A stretch of 64,000 bases of DNA from contig OZ250169.1 in NCBI GenBank assembly GCA_965237955.1, positions 2,240,001-2,304,000 of the forward strand, read 5' to 3'. Below the pieces are notes generated by a model, which had not been told where the DNA came from, made no database searches, and worked only from the letters and a program-made list of their open reading frames with translations. The stretch is from Candidatus Marinacidobacterales bacterium (GTDB lineage Bacteria; Acidobacteriota; Vicinamibacteria; Marinacidobacterales; SMYC01). This document shows, one piece after another, positions 31,401 through 41,319 of this stretch. Position 1 is the first letter of the stretch. Every line of letters begins with the position of its first letter. Both the position numbers and the translations under genes were made by a program.

Positions 31401-34400
31401 GATACGCCTTTTGAACCTCACCGAGCACGTCGCAGTGAACGGTAGCAACGCCGTTGACGGGAACAAGGCTTGCCCCCAGGGACGAGGCAAAGCTGGTCAC
31501 GGCGGATCGGTTGCCGCCGATGACGCATTCATCGGAGGTGTTCGTGATCAACAGGTAAACATGCTTCTGGTTTGAGAGGGCGGCCTTCACCGCCTCGGCC
31601 GGCCGGTCCACGACGCCGACCAGCCAGTCCACCGGGATTCCGGGATCCAGACCCCATGAGCGCCGGGCGGCCTCGCAAGGACCGGCCAGGTCGCTGACGA
31701 AAAGGGACGACGCTTCCATCCGCGCCAGCATGTCGTCTCGCTTCCTCCAGGTTCGCGTGGAGAACAGGGCCGCCGACTCGCCGAGGCTGTATCCGACGAC
31801 CGCATCGGGGCCGACGCCCAAGGTCTTCATGACGTCGGTCACCACGGTTCCGAAGGTGACCTGGCCGAAGATGAGAGCGTGGTGGCGCTCGTCAACATTC
31901 TCAGGAGGCGCAGCCCCCCAAAACCACTCAGGCACCATCTGCCGTTTCAAGTAGCGATTTTCGCCGTCGTGACGATGGAGGATCTCGGGAAAACGCAGAG
32001 CGAGCTCACGGCCCATGCCGTGGTAGTGATTTCCCGACCCCGGATAAACGAAGGCAAGGCTTCCCTCATGCGCCAAGGGTTTGTTGCTCTCGAAAACACG
32101 CGTCTCGTCGACACCCTCGAGCAGAGGGCTGACGTCGGACCCTCGTGCGGCGACCACGGCAAGGCCGAGCTTCTTTCTGGGCTCGAGCGGGTTTTCGTGA
32201 TGCCAGCGCGCCGCTAGTCTTCGGGCATCATTTTCGGGCTGTGACTCCAGCCAGTCGCTGAGTCGGCGGCTCTCGGCGGCGAGTCCCACCTCATCATCCG
32301 CCTCGATGGCAAAGAGGGCGTCGCTCGCCGTTCCTATTGAGCATCTCGTGCCGGCTACTGGCTGGTGAAACTTATCCGACTCGTATTCTTCCAGCACCAC
32401 ATGACAGCAGTTGCCGTCGACACTCATGCCGCTGACACCGGCGCGCCGGGGCCCCTCGGCCCGGTTTCTCAACCAGTGCCGGGCGGGACCGGGGAGCACC
32501 CGGTTGTAGAGGGCGAGAGCAGTCTTCGCCAGCGATGCCATCCCCGACGCGGCGCCGGCGTGGCCTACCGCCTCCTTGACGCTTCCCGTCGCCGGCCGCT
32601 CGGCAAGAGTCGCAAGGTGTTTCTCCAAGGCGGATTTTTCAGCGCTATCTTCACAAGAAATGCCGCTTCCATGGGTCTCGATGTAGCTCACCGTCGAGGG
32701 ATCGATTCCCGACTCTTCGTACGCTCGGCCGAGCGCCGACTCATAGGCGGCAACGGTGGGTACCGTCGTCTCGACGCCACCACCGGTCGCGCTTCCCAAC
32801 CCCTTGATCACGGCATAGACCCGATCGCCATCGGCCTCGGCGTCCTCGAGACGCTTGAGCACGAAGGCCGCGCCACCTTCACCGAGTAGGGGTGTCCCAC
32901 GCTGCCCATCGGGCCGGGCCTCGTGGGCCGCCAGCACCGCCCTCACGTCACCGGCCAGATCCACGGCGCCCACCAGGGCTTGATCCACGCTTTTCGTCTG
33001 GAGCGCGCGCACCGCCGCTTCGAGGGCCTTGAAGCCCGAGGTCTCCTCGCTGGATAGAGTGAAGCTCGGACCACCGATCCGGAACTCCCGGGCCAGGCGG
33101 CTGGCAACGATGCCGCCGAGCGCACCCATGGTCCTGTTGGCGATCAGGGGTGGAGCCGCGGCGTCGGCAAGAGCGTCTCGCGACGGCTCCTCGGAACCGA
33201 GCACCGACCAGCGGAAGTTGAAGTTCGTCGTGTTGAGATCCAGCCCGATGCCGACGAACACCCCGGTGGAGAGTTTCTCTTCGGTACCGAGACCCGCATC
33301 GTCCATGGCGCCCTTGGCGACGGCGAGCATCAACGACTGCTGAGGCAGCATGTGCTCGAGCTCCACCGGCGGGATCCTGAACCGGTCCAGTGGCAGAGAG
33401 AGCTCGCGCATGAAATGGCCCTTGAACTCAGCCGCCGATTGTCCACGGTCGTTGAACGAAGACGACTCCTGAACGCCCCACCACAAACCGTTCTCCTCCG
33501 GATCCCGACGTTCGTCGCCGAGCACGTGCTGAGTGAAGGCCTCCAGTGACTCGAGCGATCCGAAGTGAGCGTCCATGCCGACAATGGCCACCGGCGAGTC
33601 CGCTCGCATGACCGGCGTTTGGACAAGGCTCTTATCCCCGGTCCACTCCTCCACCAGCACATGGGCGTTGATGCCGCCAAAGCCGAAAGCGCTCACCGCG
33701 GCGCGGCGGGGGGTGGAGCCGTCTCGGGTCTCCCAGGGCTCGGCCTCGGCGAGCACCTTGAACGGGCTCGCCTCGAGATCAAATTTCGCGCCGGCGCGAG
33801 AGAAGTTGGCCGTGGGAGGAAGGGTCCGAGCTTTCATGGCGAGGAGAACCTTGATGAATCCCGCGGCGCCGGCGCCGGTGAGCAGATGCCCCACGTTGGA
33901 CTTCACGCCCCCAATCACGCACCGGCCGGCCTGCCCGTCATTCCCGGCCCAGAGCTTCGTCAAGCTCTCGAGCTCCACGGCGTCGCCCACCGGTGTGCCC
34001 GTGGCGTGGCATTCGATGAGATCCACGTCCTGCGGTGACCAGCCCGACTGCTCATAGGCCGGCCGCATGGCCCTGAGCTGCCCCTCGGTGCTGGGCGCCA
34101 AGAGCTTCCCTTCCACGTCGTTGGAAAGACCAATGCCGGTGATGACACCGTGAATGTGGTCTCCGTTTCTCAGCGCATCTTCCAGGCGCTTGAGCACCAG
34201 CATGCCGGCGCCCTCTCCCACTATGAGGCCGTCGGCCTTTTGATCAAACGGTGAGCAGCGACCCGAAGTAGACAGCGCCCGCAACTGGGAGAAGCCCATC
34301 TGGGTGTAGAGACAGTCAGTGCGGCACAACCCTCCGGCGACCATGGCGTCCGTGCGTCCCGCGATCAGTTCATCGGAGGCGAGCTTCAGAGCGTAAAGGG

Positions 34401-34995
34401 ACGAAGCGCAGGCGGCATCCAACGTGTAGCTTCCGCCACCGAGCCCGAGGGCCTTGGCCATCACACCCCCAGGGAGTCCGGCGACGTACCGATTAAGAGG
34501 ATGGGTGCGGCCCGGAGAAGTCGCGGCTGATACTGACGCGATCTGGCTGCCGGTGGCCTCGTCAAAGGTCTGACCGAGGATCTGCCGCGCCATCTTCGAA
34601 GCGCTGTCGGTGGGCAGCGCGATGTTCCCGATAATCACGCCCACGCGCTCGCGGGAATTCTCACTCAGCCCTGCGTCTTCCACGGCCTGCCTCCCAGCGT
34701 GGAGTGCCAGGTGAAAAAGAGGATCGAGGGCGGCGACAACATCCGGATCCAGATCCAGATCGCGCATGTCCAGATGGAAGTCCTCGATGAAACATCCTCT
34801 AGTGGAGTACACCTTGTCCGCTCGGCCGACTTCCGAGTCATAGGCCCGGGCGGCATCCAGGATCCAGCGATCCGAAGGCACTTCCCGTGAAGCATCCACT
34901 GAAGCGGCGATGTTGGCCCAGAAGCGATCGAGGTTCGGCGCTCCGGGGAAAATCCCGCCCATACCAACAACGGCGATGGGGGCGCGGGACTTCAT
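28405..34995 (-). CDS. PUFA-synthase-like PfaBC fusion: KS-CLF-AT plus FabA-type dehydratase domains
   Basis: KS DAACASS/HATGT/GHLL; CLF lacking Cys (SSEETS); AT GYSLG; active DH motifs CHFRDDMVMPGTLMYE and AHFYQDPVWPGSLGLE, each preceded by a pseudo-DH. Confidence 0.92.
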   Translation of the reverse strand: MKSRAPIAVVGMGGIFPGAPNLDRFWANIAASVDASREVPSDRWILDAARAYDSEVGRADKVYSTRGCFIEDFHLDMRDLDLDPDVVAALDPLFHLALHAGRQAVEDAGLSENSRERVGVIIGNIALPTDSASKMARQILGQTFDEATGSQIASVSAATSPGRTHPLNRYVAGLPGGVMAKALGLGGGSYTLDAACASSLYALKLASDELIAGRTDAMVAGGLCRTDCLYTQMGFSQLRALSTSGRCSPFDQKADGLIVGEGAGMLVLKRLEDALRNGDHIHGVITGIGLSNDVEGKLLAPSTEGQLRAMRPAYEQSGWSPQDVDLIECHATGTPVGDAVELESLTKLWAGNDGQAGRCVIGGVKSNVGHLLTGAGAAGFIKVLLAMKARTLPPTANFSRAGAKFDLEASPFKVLAEAEPWETRDGSTPRRAAVSAFGFGGINAHVLVEEWTGDKSLVQTPVMRADSPVAIVGMDAHFGSLESLEAFTQHVLGDERRDPEENGLWWGVQESSSFNDRGQSAAEFKGHFMRELSLPLDRFRIPPVELEHMLPQQSLMLAVAKGAMDDAGLGTEEKLSTGVFVGIGLDLNTTNFNFRWSVLGSEEPSRDALADAAAPPLIANRTMGALGGIVASRLAREFRIGGPSFTLSSEETSGFKALEAAVRALQTKSVDQALVGAVDLAGDVRAVLAAHEARPDGQRGTPLLGEGGAAFVLKRLEDAEADGDRVYAVIKGLGSATGGGVETTVPTVAAYESALGRAYEESGIDPSTVSYIETHGSGISCEDSAEKSALEKHLATLAERPATGSVKEAVGHAGAASGMASLAKTALALYNRVLPGPARHWLRNRAEGPRRAGVSGMSVDGNCCHVVLEEYESDKFHQPVAGTRCSIGTASDALFAIEADDEVGLAAESRRLSDWLESQPENDARRLAARWHHENPLEPRKKLGLAVVAARGSDVSPLLEGVDETRVFESNKPLAHEGSLAFVYPGSGNHYHGMGRELALRFPEILHRHDGENRYLKRQMVPEWFWGAAPPENVDERHHALIFGQVTFGTVVTDVMKTLGVGPDAVVGYSLGESAALFSTRTWRKRDDMLARMEASSLFVSDLAGPCEAARRSWGLDPGIPVDWLVGVVDRPAEAVKAALSNQKHVYLLITNTSDECVIGGNRSAVTSFASSLGASLVPVNGVATVHCDVLGEVQKAYHDLHLFETTPPDGVRFYSVAAGEAYQLTRETAAESITDQALHGFDFPAVVQKAYADGVRIFVEMGPGASASRMIDRILEDRPHRAVSMNVPEQGEINSLLRGVATLIAERVPLDLGPFINSSWQALVASANPASPETTSRDRSLQVIVGGRPFKAPAPVTLRPSVGIDDDDDIIGGLHQTLLRTGEAHGTFLRVSEALQNGMAKNFFFQNRLLDLLELSGDAPVSTAPAPALDRDACLQFAIGSIAKVLGPEFAAVDSHPSRVRLPDEPLMLVDRIMEIHGEPRSMSHGRVVTEHDIHPEAWYLDGGRIPTCIAVEAGQADLFLSAYLGIDFVTRGLAVYRLLDAEVTFHRSLPRAGETIHYDIAIDEFFRQGETHLFRFNFEATVNGEPLLSMTKGCAGFFTAEELDAGEGIVHTEMDLGLQPGVRPDDWHSLVEMSVESYDDDAIQALRDGDLAACFGEAFANLPVQHPATLPGGTMKLLDRVLHLDPEGGRFGLGIIKAEADIYPDDWFLTCHFRDDMVMPGTLMYECCLHTLRVFLLRMGWVASRDQVAYQPVPGVAGQLKCRGQVIASTEKVQYEISLKEIGYEPKPYVIVDALMVADGKAIVEITNMSLELDGVDRDAFERTWAAACTGKPAIFDTDRITAFAIGKPSDAFGEPYEVFDRDRVIARLPGPPYQFLDRITEIDAEPWKLVAGGVIEAQYEVPQDAWFFNADHQDTMPFAVLLEVGLQPCGWLAAYLGSALTSDIDLSFRNLGGQGVQHVPLTRDIGVLSTVVKITGVSSSAGMIVQNYDFEIRSAQGPVYTGDTTFGFFSKDALASQIGIRDDTPYVPTDDERRRARAFSIPLAAPFPDERFQMVTDVELCVPGGGPKALGFVRGTTLVNPEAWFFKAHFYQDPVWPGSLGLESLIQLMKVFAVERWGAPADGRLEAMTPGSEHIWLYRGQVLPTDSRVVADVVVTAIDDRSHTVEASGTLSVDGRLIYKVTGFKLTWGGGVP

Positions 34996-35004
34996 GGGAG
35001 GAGC

Positions 35005-38000
35005 TTAGACCGACAGACGATTACGGGTGAACGCCTCACTAAGAGAGGTGTCCACGACGCATTCATAGTCCTCGAGACGGGCCACGAGACCGCCGTCGCT
35101 GTCGAGGAACTCCATGTCAGCCCGAGCCCAGGAGTTTCCGCTCTCGCTGATCTTTACGACGACAGAGACTCCGTCGCCAGGAAATGAGTCTCTGAACTGA
35201 CGATAGCGCCCGGCAAAGGTCGGCAACGAGGCGGCTCCGTGAATCTCCCGGCTCCAGACAATCATCAGTTGGAAGGCGACGTCTAGCGCCAGAGGATCGG
35301 CGAGCCACGCGCTTCTGAGTGGCTCGGCGAGCCAACGGGAGGGAGGAACCGTCGGGCCGGTGCGGGCGGTGATGGCGTCGTCGGAGATACCTTCCACCTC
35401 TTGGATACCCTGCAGAGCGGGCCCCTGGAAGAGCAAGTCACGATAGATCTCGTCGCTCGGCCGGTGGTAGGGATGAGTGTTGGTGTTTAGCCGGGCGCCG
35501 GAAGCCGCGGGCAGCTTGGACGCCAGGTGAATCGTCGCTCGGGCATGGTGGTGCTCCTTGCCCTCGGCGCCGGTGCTGCGAATCTCCACGGGAACACTGA
35601 GGAAGCCGAAGCCGAGGCCGTTCGTCTTTATGGCCTTGCCGGTGAGGACCTGGGTGGCGCGGGTTTCGCCGGCATCCAGGGTAAGTCCCTTGAGCACTCT
35701 GAGGTCGTCGAATCCATGGAAGCGGAGGCCGGGATTCTTGTGCACGGCGCCATGGGCCATCCACTCGACGATGAGAGCCAGGGGAACGACGGCCCGGCCA
35801 TTCAATACGTGATCCTTCAGTATCGGCACTTGCTTCACACCGATCTCTCTCTCGAAGGCCACACTCAAGCTCGCACCCTTTTCCGGCGGCGCGAGCATCA
35901 CGACCTCTACGGCGTCCCGGCTGCCATGGCGAATCTCGTCCACCAGCGCCCGGCTTCCTTCTTGAAGACCGATGAGCCCCACGCCCTCGTCATGGAACAC
36001 CTTGGCCAGGGCCGGAGTGACCATGCCACCGTCCCAGGGACCCCAACCCACGGAAACCACCCGGGCGGAAGGAATCCTCGCGGCCAGCCGCCACGCGGTC
36101 TTGTTGAGCACCTCGTTGGCCACGGCATAGTCCACCTGGCCTTTGCGACCGAAGCGTGCCGTGGACGACGAGAAGAAAACCACGACCTTGAGGGCTTCGA
36201 CGTCCAAAGCGGACAGGAGGGCGGTCATGCCGGCAACCTTCGTCCCGAAGACCCGGGAAAACTGCTCCTCAGTCTTGTTCTCGATGAGCTGATCCGCGAG
36301 CACGCCGGCCCCGTGTACGAGACCGGTGATGGGTCCGAGCTTCGTGCGAACGTCAGCAAGGATGTCCTCAACCGCCGCACCGTCGCGAACATCCACCGCG
36401 CGGTACTCCACATGCCCGGCCGTCCGTGCCACATCGTCAAGAGTCTGCCGAATCTCGCGATTCACCATGAGGCGTCGGTACTCTTCACCCACGTGGCGGG
36501 GCGAGGCACCGGCACCTGCCCGAGTTGCGATCTCTTTCTTGATGGCCGCTTCGGCGGTAAGGCCATGAAGCCATGCGGGCTCGGCCGTGGGCTCTGGACT
36601 TCTCCCAAGAAGCACGAGCTTCGATCCAAAAGCCCGGGCCAGCTCCCGGGCGGCCGCCGCTGTCACACCTCTGGCTCCGCCTGATATCACAATGACATCG
36701 TCCCTGCCGAGCTCGAACGACGATTCACCGGGAACGATGGCGCGGGGCGAGAGCTCCAGAGTGACCCGGCCCGTGTGGGTGAGACCCACTTCGAGCGGCC
36801 CGTCGAAGAAAATCTCATCCACGATGCCGGCGGCGAGCGAGGCCGCGTCATGGACCCCCGACGTAACATCCATGGCCTTGCAGTGCACCTCGGGCCACTC
36901 GTGGCTTGCCGTCTTGGCGAGACCGGCCAGTCCGCCGCTTTGACACCGCGTCTCGGGGCCCGTGCCCTTCAATCCGAAGGAGCCGTCTAGACGGGACACG
37001 GTGACGAAGACCGAGCCTCGCGAGCGGCCGCTCCGGCGCAGTGCAGAGCTCACCCGACTCAGGAGCGTCAGCGAGTCGGCCAGGAACTGGTCGCTGTCGG
37101 GACTCGCCGGGCCGACCACGACGAGGCCACCTAGCTCCGACGGTGGCTCCAGGGATGCTGCGTCTTCCAGCGCGACGAGACGGGGCTTTAGACCCAGTGC
37201 CTCCATGCGATCGGCGACCTCGGCCGAGAGGCCGGAGTCGTCACGGGAGATCAGAACGACGGCGTCAGAGGCCAGAGAGAACTTCTTGCGCTCCGCCGCC
37301 TCGTCCAGGACTGTGACAGCGAGGACACTTCTCTCTGGCGCCTTGGCTCGAGACACACTAGCCCGCCGCACGAGCTCGTCTACATCCACACCCTCGGCCG
37401 GAATCGATGAAGGCGTGATGCGGGCTTCTACGGCATCCGACAGCGTGTCCACCACGTTGCGCACCGTCCGCCAGGAGTTGATGATGCCTTGGGCGATCTC
37501 GGGCATGGAGGGTGTCTTGTCCCTAAGGAAGGAGAAGATCTCCGCGCGCTTGACCTGATCGATGCCCAGATCCGAACTGAGATCCATGTTCATGTGGAGG
37601 GAGTCCACCGGAAATCCCGTCTTGGCCGAAACCGCCGCCAAAACGCTCGAGCTGATTCTGAGGTCAACGGTGGAAACCGACGCCGGCGTGCCACCGTTCG
37701 TGTCACTCTCAGTGTCAGTGTCAGCAGCAGTCTCCGCTGCTTCAATGGGGGCCGGCGATGGAGCGGCCGCGCCGTCTTCTGTGAGGAAGGCCACGACCTG
37801 TCCAAGAGTACGCAGGGTGCCGAGGTGCTCGGGGCCCACGGACGGCGCCTCGGGAATGCGTTGCTGCAACGCCGAGAGAATTTCCACGCGCTTGATGGAG
37901 TCGATGCCCAAGTCCGAGTCCATCTCCATGTCCAGGTTCAAGATGTCGACTGGGTATCCGGTCTTCTCGGCGACCACCTCGAGGAGAACCGCCTCCACCT

Positions 38001-41000
38001 TGCCGGCATCGATTTTGGAAGGCTTGCTGGTTTCCCCGGGAGAAGTGGCTCTCGGCGTCTCGGCCGGCGGAGGCGTCTCGGCGAGAGTGGGTGCCATCGC
38101 CGGAGCCGCAACCTGTACCGGCGGCGGCACGGGCACGGGAACGGGTTGGGCTCGAGGCAGGGGTGACGGTGCCAGGCCCAGCCGTTGCTCGACGAGGCGT
38201 TGCTTGTGATCGACCAAGGATTGAAGCGTGCGCTGGGCCGACTCCTGGCCCTGAAGGAACTGCCGATGGAGGGCGGCGGTTTGCTCCTGCATCTTTTGAA
38301 GCGCGGCCATGTTCTCCTGTGTCATCCGTAGCGCGTCATCAATTACGGCGTGCCCAGCGCTGCCCGGAGCGGATGGCTGTCGCGGGACGGCGGCAGCGTT
38401 CTCTTTGGGGGGCTCGGGGGTTTTGGCGGGTTCGGGTGGTTGACGACTCATGGTGGTTCGCCTTGGGGCCGGCGCCTCCTGCCTCTTTTTTGGTTTGACA
38501 TAGTTGGCGCCGCTAAGGGTCACAGTGAGAGCCGGCTTGGAACGCTCGTCCGCAAACGCCAAGGATGACGCCTCGGGGTCCCACTGATTTAAATCGACGC
38601 GGAAGCCGTAGGCAGAAACGCGGGCCAGAGCCCGGGCGAGGTCGACGGCTCCGGAGCGCTTGCCCGACGATGCATCGAGGGCATGCGCCACATGTTCTTC
38701 GCCCTCGAGAATCGACCGCACCAAGCCGGTGAGCCGGCTCCCCGGGCCGACCTCGAGAAAGAAGCGGGCGCCGTCTCGGTGCAGGTTTTTGATCTCATTG
38801 ACGAACTCCACCGGCCGGACGAGCTGATCGGCGAGCAGCGCGGCAATGCCGGAAGCCTCATCGGGATACGTTTCGCCGGTGGCGTTGGCGTAAACCTTGC
38901 GCCGGGGCGCCGCGATGTCGGCCCGGCCGAGCTCGGTAGCAAAGGGCTCCGCGGCATCGACCACGAGAGTGCTGTGAAACGCCGCGGAGACTGGAAGACG
39001 CTTGCATCTAACACCGCGCCTCTTGAAGGCCTTCACCGCTTTTTGGATCTCGTCGGTAGGACCGGACAGAACGAACTGGGCCGGAGCATTCTTGTTGGCC
39101 ACCACCAGGGCGAGTGAATCCTCGACGACGATGGATTCGATGGTGCTCTCATCGGACTCCACCGCCAGCATGGCGCCGCGGTCGCCGTTGCCCTCGCTCA
39201 TGAGCCGCCCGCGGAGCATGGAAAGGACGCTCAGGGTCTGGGCGTCGAACACCTCCGCCGCTTGCAAAGCCACCAGCTCGCCGTAGCTGTGACCCGCCAC
39301 GGCGGCAGGCTCGAGACCGAACCTCTGGAGCACGCCCAGGGCGCCCACCGAGACGGCGCCGATGGCTGGCTGGGCCACCTCTGTGGCGCGCAGCGCTCGT
39401 TCTTGAGCCTCTTTCGTCTCATCGTCGAAAGCCGGGTGCGGATAGATGACATCGCTGAGCCGGTTGCCGGCCCTGTCCAGCCTGTTCATCCTGTCCAGGC
39501 TGTCCAGTAGCTCGGGGAACTGACAGGCCAGATCCCTGAGCATTCCCACGCACTGAGAGCCCTGGCCCGGGAACAGGAAGGCTAGAGATCCTACCGGCGC
39601 TCCGGTGCCGTAAAAGGCCCCGTCCGGTGTAGTCCACGAAGTCTTGTCGGTATGGGTCTTCAAGAGTGTGAGGCCACCCTCGAGACACTTTCTGAGTTGG
39701 GTTGGCTCCGTGGCCAGGATCAGCCGGTGCGCGGCCTCATGACGGAACGAGCTTCGGGCCCGGGCGGCCAGGCCTCGCAGGGCTCGTATATCAATGCCCT
39801 TCCGATCGGACGGAAAGGCCTGAGCGACGCTTACGAGCTCCTCTCGAGTATCGGCCGAAAATGCCAGGAGCACGGTTTCGCCGTCGAAGTCCGGAGCGGC
39901 CTTGGCCGCTTCCGCTTCTTCGAGAACGCAGTGGAAGTTGCTCCCGCCAAAACCGAAGGCGCTCACCGCGGCCCGCCTCGGATGATCTGCGGAGGAAAGC
40001 CAGGGCTTCTTCGTGGTGTTGACGTAAAAGGGTGAGCCCCCATTCCTGAGCACATCCAGCGGCTCGGTGACTTTCAAAGTCGGGGGAAGAACCTTGTGTT
40101 TCAGCGCCAGGGCGGCCTTCATCACGCCGGCGATTCCGGCGGCAGCCTTGGTGTGTCCCAGCTGCGATTTGACGCTGCCCAGCGCACACCATCCTCCGTC
40201 GGCATCGGCTTCTCGGAACACCGCGGAAAGGGATTCGACCTCGGTGGCGTCTCCCACCTTCGTGCCCGTGGCATGGGCCTCGATGAGCTCGATGCTCCGG
40301 GCCGAGATCCCGGCGCCGGCGTAGGCGTCTCTGAGAGCCTTGGCCTGGCCGCTGGCTACCGGCGCGTACACCGCCGTGCCCTTGCCGTCGCTGGACGAGC
40401 CTATTGATCGGATCACAGCGTGGATGGTGTCTTGGTCTTTGCGAGCATCGGCCAGCCGCTTGAGCACCACGACGCCGAGGCCCTCACCGAGAATCGTGCC
40501 GTCCGCTGACTTGTCGAAAGGACGGCAATCGCCGGTAGGCGAGAGCGCCGGCGTCTTGCTGAAGCACATGTACATAAAAATGTCGTTGAAGGTGTCCATG
40601 CCTCCGGCAAGCACCATGTCAGAGCGTCCGGAGGCGAGCTCCAGGCCGGCAAGGTGAAGGGCGCCCAGTGAGCTGGCACAGGCCGCGTCCACCACGCAGT
40701 TGGTGCCACCGAGGTCGAGCCGGTTGGCGATGCGCCCGGCCACGACATTGCCCAAGAGTCCCGGAAAGGAGTTTTCCTGCCACTCCACATAGTTGTCGGA
40801 AATCTTCTGGACCACCGTGTCGGTAAGGTCGTCGGCGACACCGGATTCCTTCAGCGCCCGCCGCCACAGGGGGTGTCCCAAGCGGGCCCCCAGAGGAATC
40901 ACCAGCTCCAGCGTGCCCGTGACACCGAGAATCACGCTGGTCCGATCCCGATCGAAGCTTCCCTTCTCCCCATAGCCCGCATCTTCCAGAGCTTGGCTCG

Positions 41001-41319
41001 CCACCATGAGTCCGAGCAGCTGGGTCGTGTCCGTGGCCTCTATGTCGTTGGGCGCGATGCCGAAGGCAAGGGGGTCGAAGGCGACCGGTGACAGAAATCC
41101 ACCGCGACGGGCATAGGTGCGATCCGGTGCCTTGGGATCGTCGTCGAAGAAGTCCTCCACGTTCCAGTGGGTGGAAGGAATGTCGGTTATGGTGTCGACA
41201 CCGTTTTTGAGATTGGCCCAATAAGCCCCCACGTCATCGGCCTTGGGGAAGAGACAGGCCATGCCGACGATGGCCAGGGGCTCTTGTTGCATCCGAGTGT
41301 TACTGGACTTAGTGGACAC
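35005..41319 (-). CDS. pfaA: PUFA-synthase-like PfaA: KS-MAT-ACP-ACP*-KR-DH
   Basis: DAACASS, HATGT, GHTKAAAG; GHSYG; ACP DLGIDSIK; degenerate ACP DLGIDQVK; KR GGARGVT; DH DHVLNGRAVVP; GTG 41319 with GGAGG RBS. Confidence 0.92.
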   Translation of the reverse strand: MSTKSSNTRMQQEPLAIVGMACLFPKADDVGAYWANLKNGVDTITDIPSTHWNVEDFFDDDPKAPDRTYARRGGFLSPVAFDPLAFGIAPNDIEATDTTQLLGLMVASQALEDAGYGEKGSFDRDRTSVILGVTGTLELVIPLGARLGHPLWRRALKESGVADDLTDTVVQKISDNYVEWQENSFPGLLGNVVAGRIANRLDLGGTNCVVDAACASSLGALHLAGLELASGRSDMVLAGGMDTFNDIFMYMCFSKTPALSPTGDCRPFDKSADGTILGEGLGVVVLKRLADARKDQDTIHAVIRSIGSSSDGKGTAVYAPVASGQAKALRDAYAGAGISARSIELIEAHATGTKVGDATEVESLSAVFREADADGGWCALGSVKSQLGHTKAAAGIAGVMKAALALKHKVLPPTLKVTEPLDVLRNGGSPFYVNTTKKPWLSSADHPRRAAVSAFGFGGSNFHCVLEEAEAAKAAPDFDGETVLLAFSADTREELVSVAQAFPSDRKGIDIRALRGLAARARSSFRHEAAHRLILATEPTQLRKCLEGGLTLLKTHTDKTSWTTPDGAFYGTGAPVGSLAFLFPGQGSQCVGMLRDLACQFPELLDSLDRMNRLDRAGNRLSDVIYPHPAFDDETKEAQERALRATEVAQPAIGAVSVGALGVLQRFGLEPAAVAGHSYGELVALQAAEVFDAQTLSVLSMLRGRLMSEGNGDRGAMLAVESDESTIESIVVEDSLALVVANKNAPAQFVLSGPTDEIQKAVKAFKRRGVRCKRLPVSAAFHSTLVVDAAEPFATELGRADIAAPRRKVYANATGETYPDEASGIAALLADQLVRPVEFVNEIKNLHRDGARFFLEVGPGSRLTGLVRSILEGEEHVAHALDASSGKRSGAVDLARALARVSAYGFRVDLNQWDPEASSLAFADERSKPALTVTLSGANYVKPKKRQEAPAPRRTTMSRQPPEPAKTPEPPKENAAAVPRQPSAPGSAGHAVIDDALRMTQENMAALQKMQEQTAALHRQFLQGQESAQRTLQSLVDHKQRLVEQRLGLAPSPLPRAQPVPVPVPPPVQVAAPAMAPTLAETPPPAETPRATSPGETSKPSKIDAGKVEAVLLEVVAEKTGYPVDILNLDMEMDSDLGIDSIKRVEILSALQQRIPEAPSVGPEHLGTLRTLGQVVAFLTEDGAAAPSPAPIEAAETAADTDTESDTNGGTPASVSTVDLRISSSVLAAVSAKTGFPVDSLHMNMDLSSDLGIDQVKRAEIFSFLRDKTPSMPEIAQGIINSWRTVRNVVDTLSDAVEARITPSSIPAEGVDVDELVRRASVSRAKAPERSVLAVTVLDEAAERKKFSLASDAVVLISRDDSGLSAEVADRMEALGLKPRLVALEDAASLEPPSELGGLVVVGPASPDSDQFLADSLTLLSRVSSALRRSGRSRGSVFVTVSRLDGSFGLKGTGPETRCQSGGLAGLAKTASHEWPEVHCKAMDVTSGVHDAASLAAGIVDEIFFDGPLEVGLTHTGRVTLELSPRAIVPGESSFELGRDDVIVISGGARGVTAAAARELARAFGSKLVLLGRSPEPTAEPAWLHGLTAEAAIKKEIATRAGAGASPRHVGEEYRRLMVNREIRQTLDDVARTAGHVEYRAVDVRDGAAVEDILADVRTKLGPITGLVHGAGVLADQLIENKTEEQFSRVFGTKVAGMTALLSALDVEALKVVVFFSSSTARFGRKGQVDYAVANEVLNKTAWRLAARIPSARVVSVGWGPWDGGMVTPALAKVFHDEGVGLIGLQEGSRALVDEIRHGSRDAVEVVMLAPPEKGASLSVAFEREIGVKQVPILKDHVLNGRAVVPLALIVEWMAHGAVHKNPGLRFHGFDDLRVLKGLTLDAGETRATQVLTGKAIKTNGLGFGFLSVPVEIRSTGAEGKEHHHARATIHLASKLPAASGARLNTNTHPYHRPSDEIYRDLLFQGPALQGIQEVEGISDDAITARTGPTVPPSRWLAEPLRSAWLADPLALDVAFQLMIVWSREIHGAASLPTFAGRYRQFRDSFPGDGVSVVVKISESGNSWARADMEFLDSDGGLVARLEDYECVVDTSLSEAFTRNRLSV

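Noticed and set aside
37700-38500. Short tandem repeats in pfaA (GTGTCA; Pro/Ala-rich)
   Set aside because: Ordinary inter-domain linkers around the ACPs.
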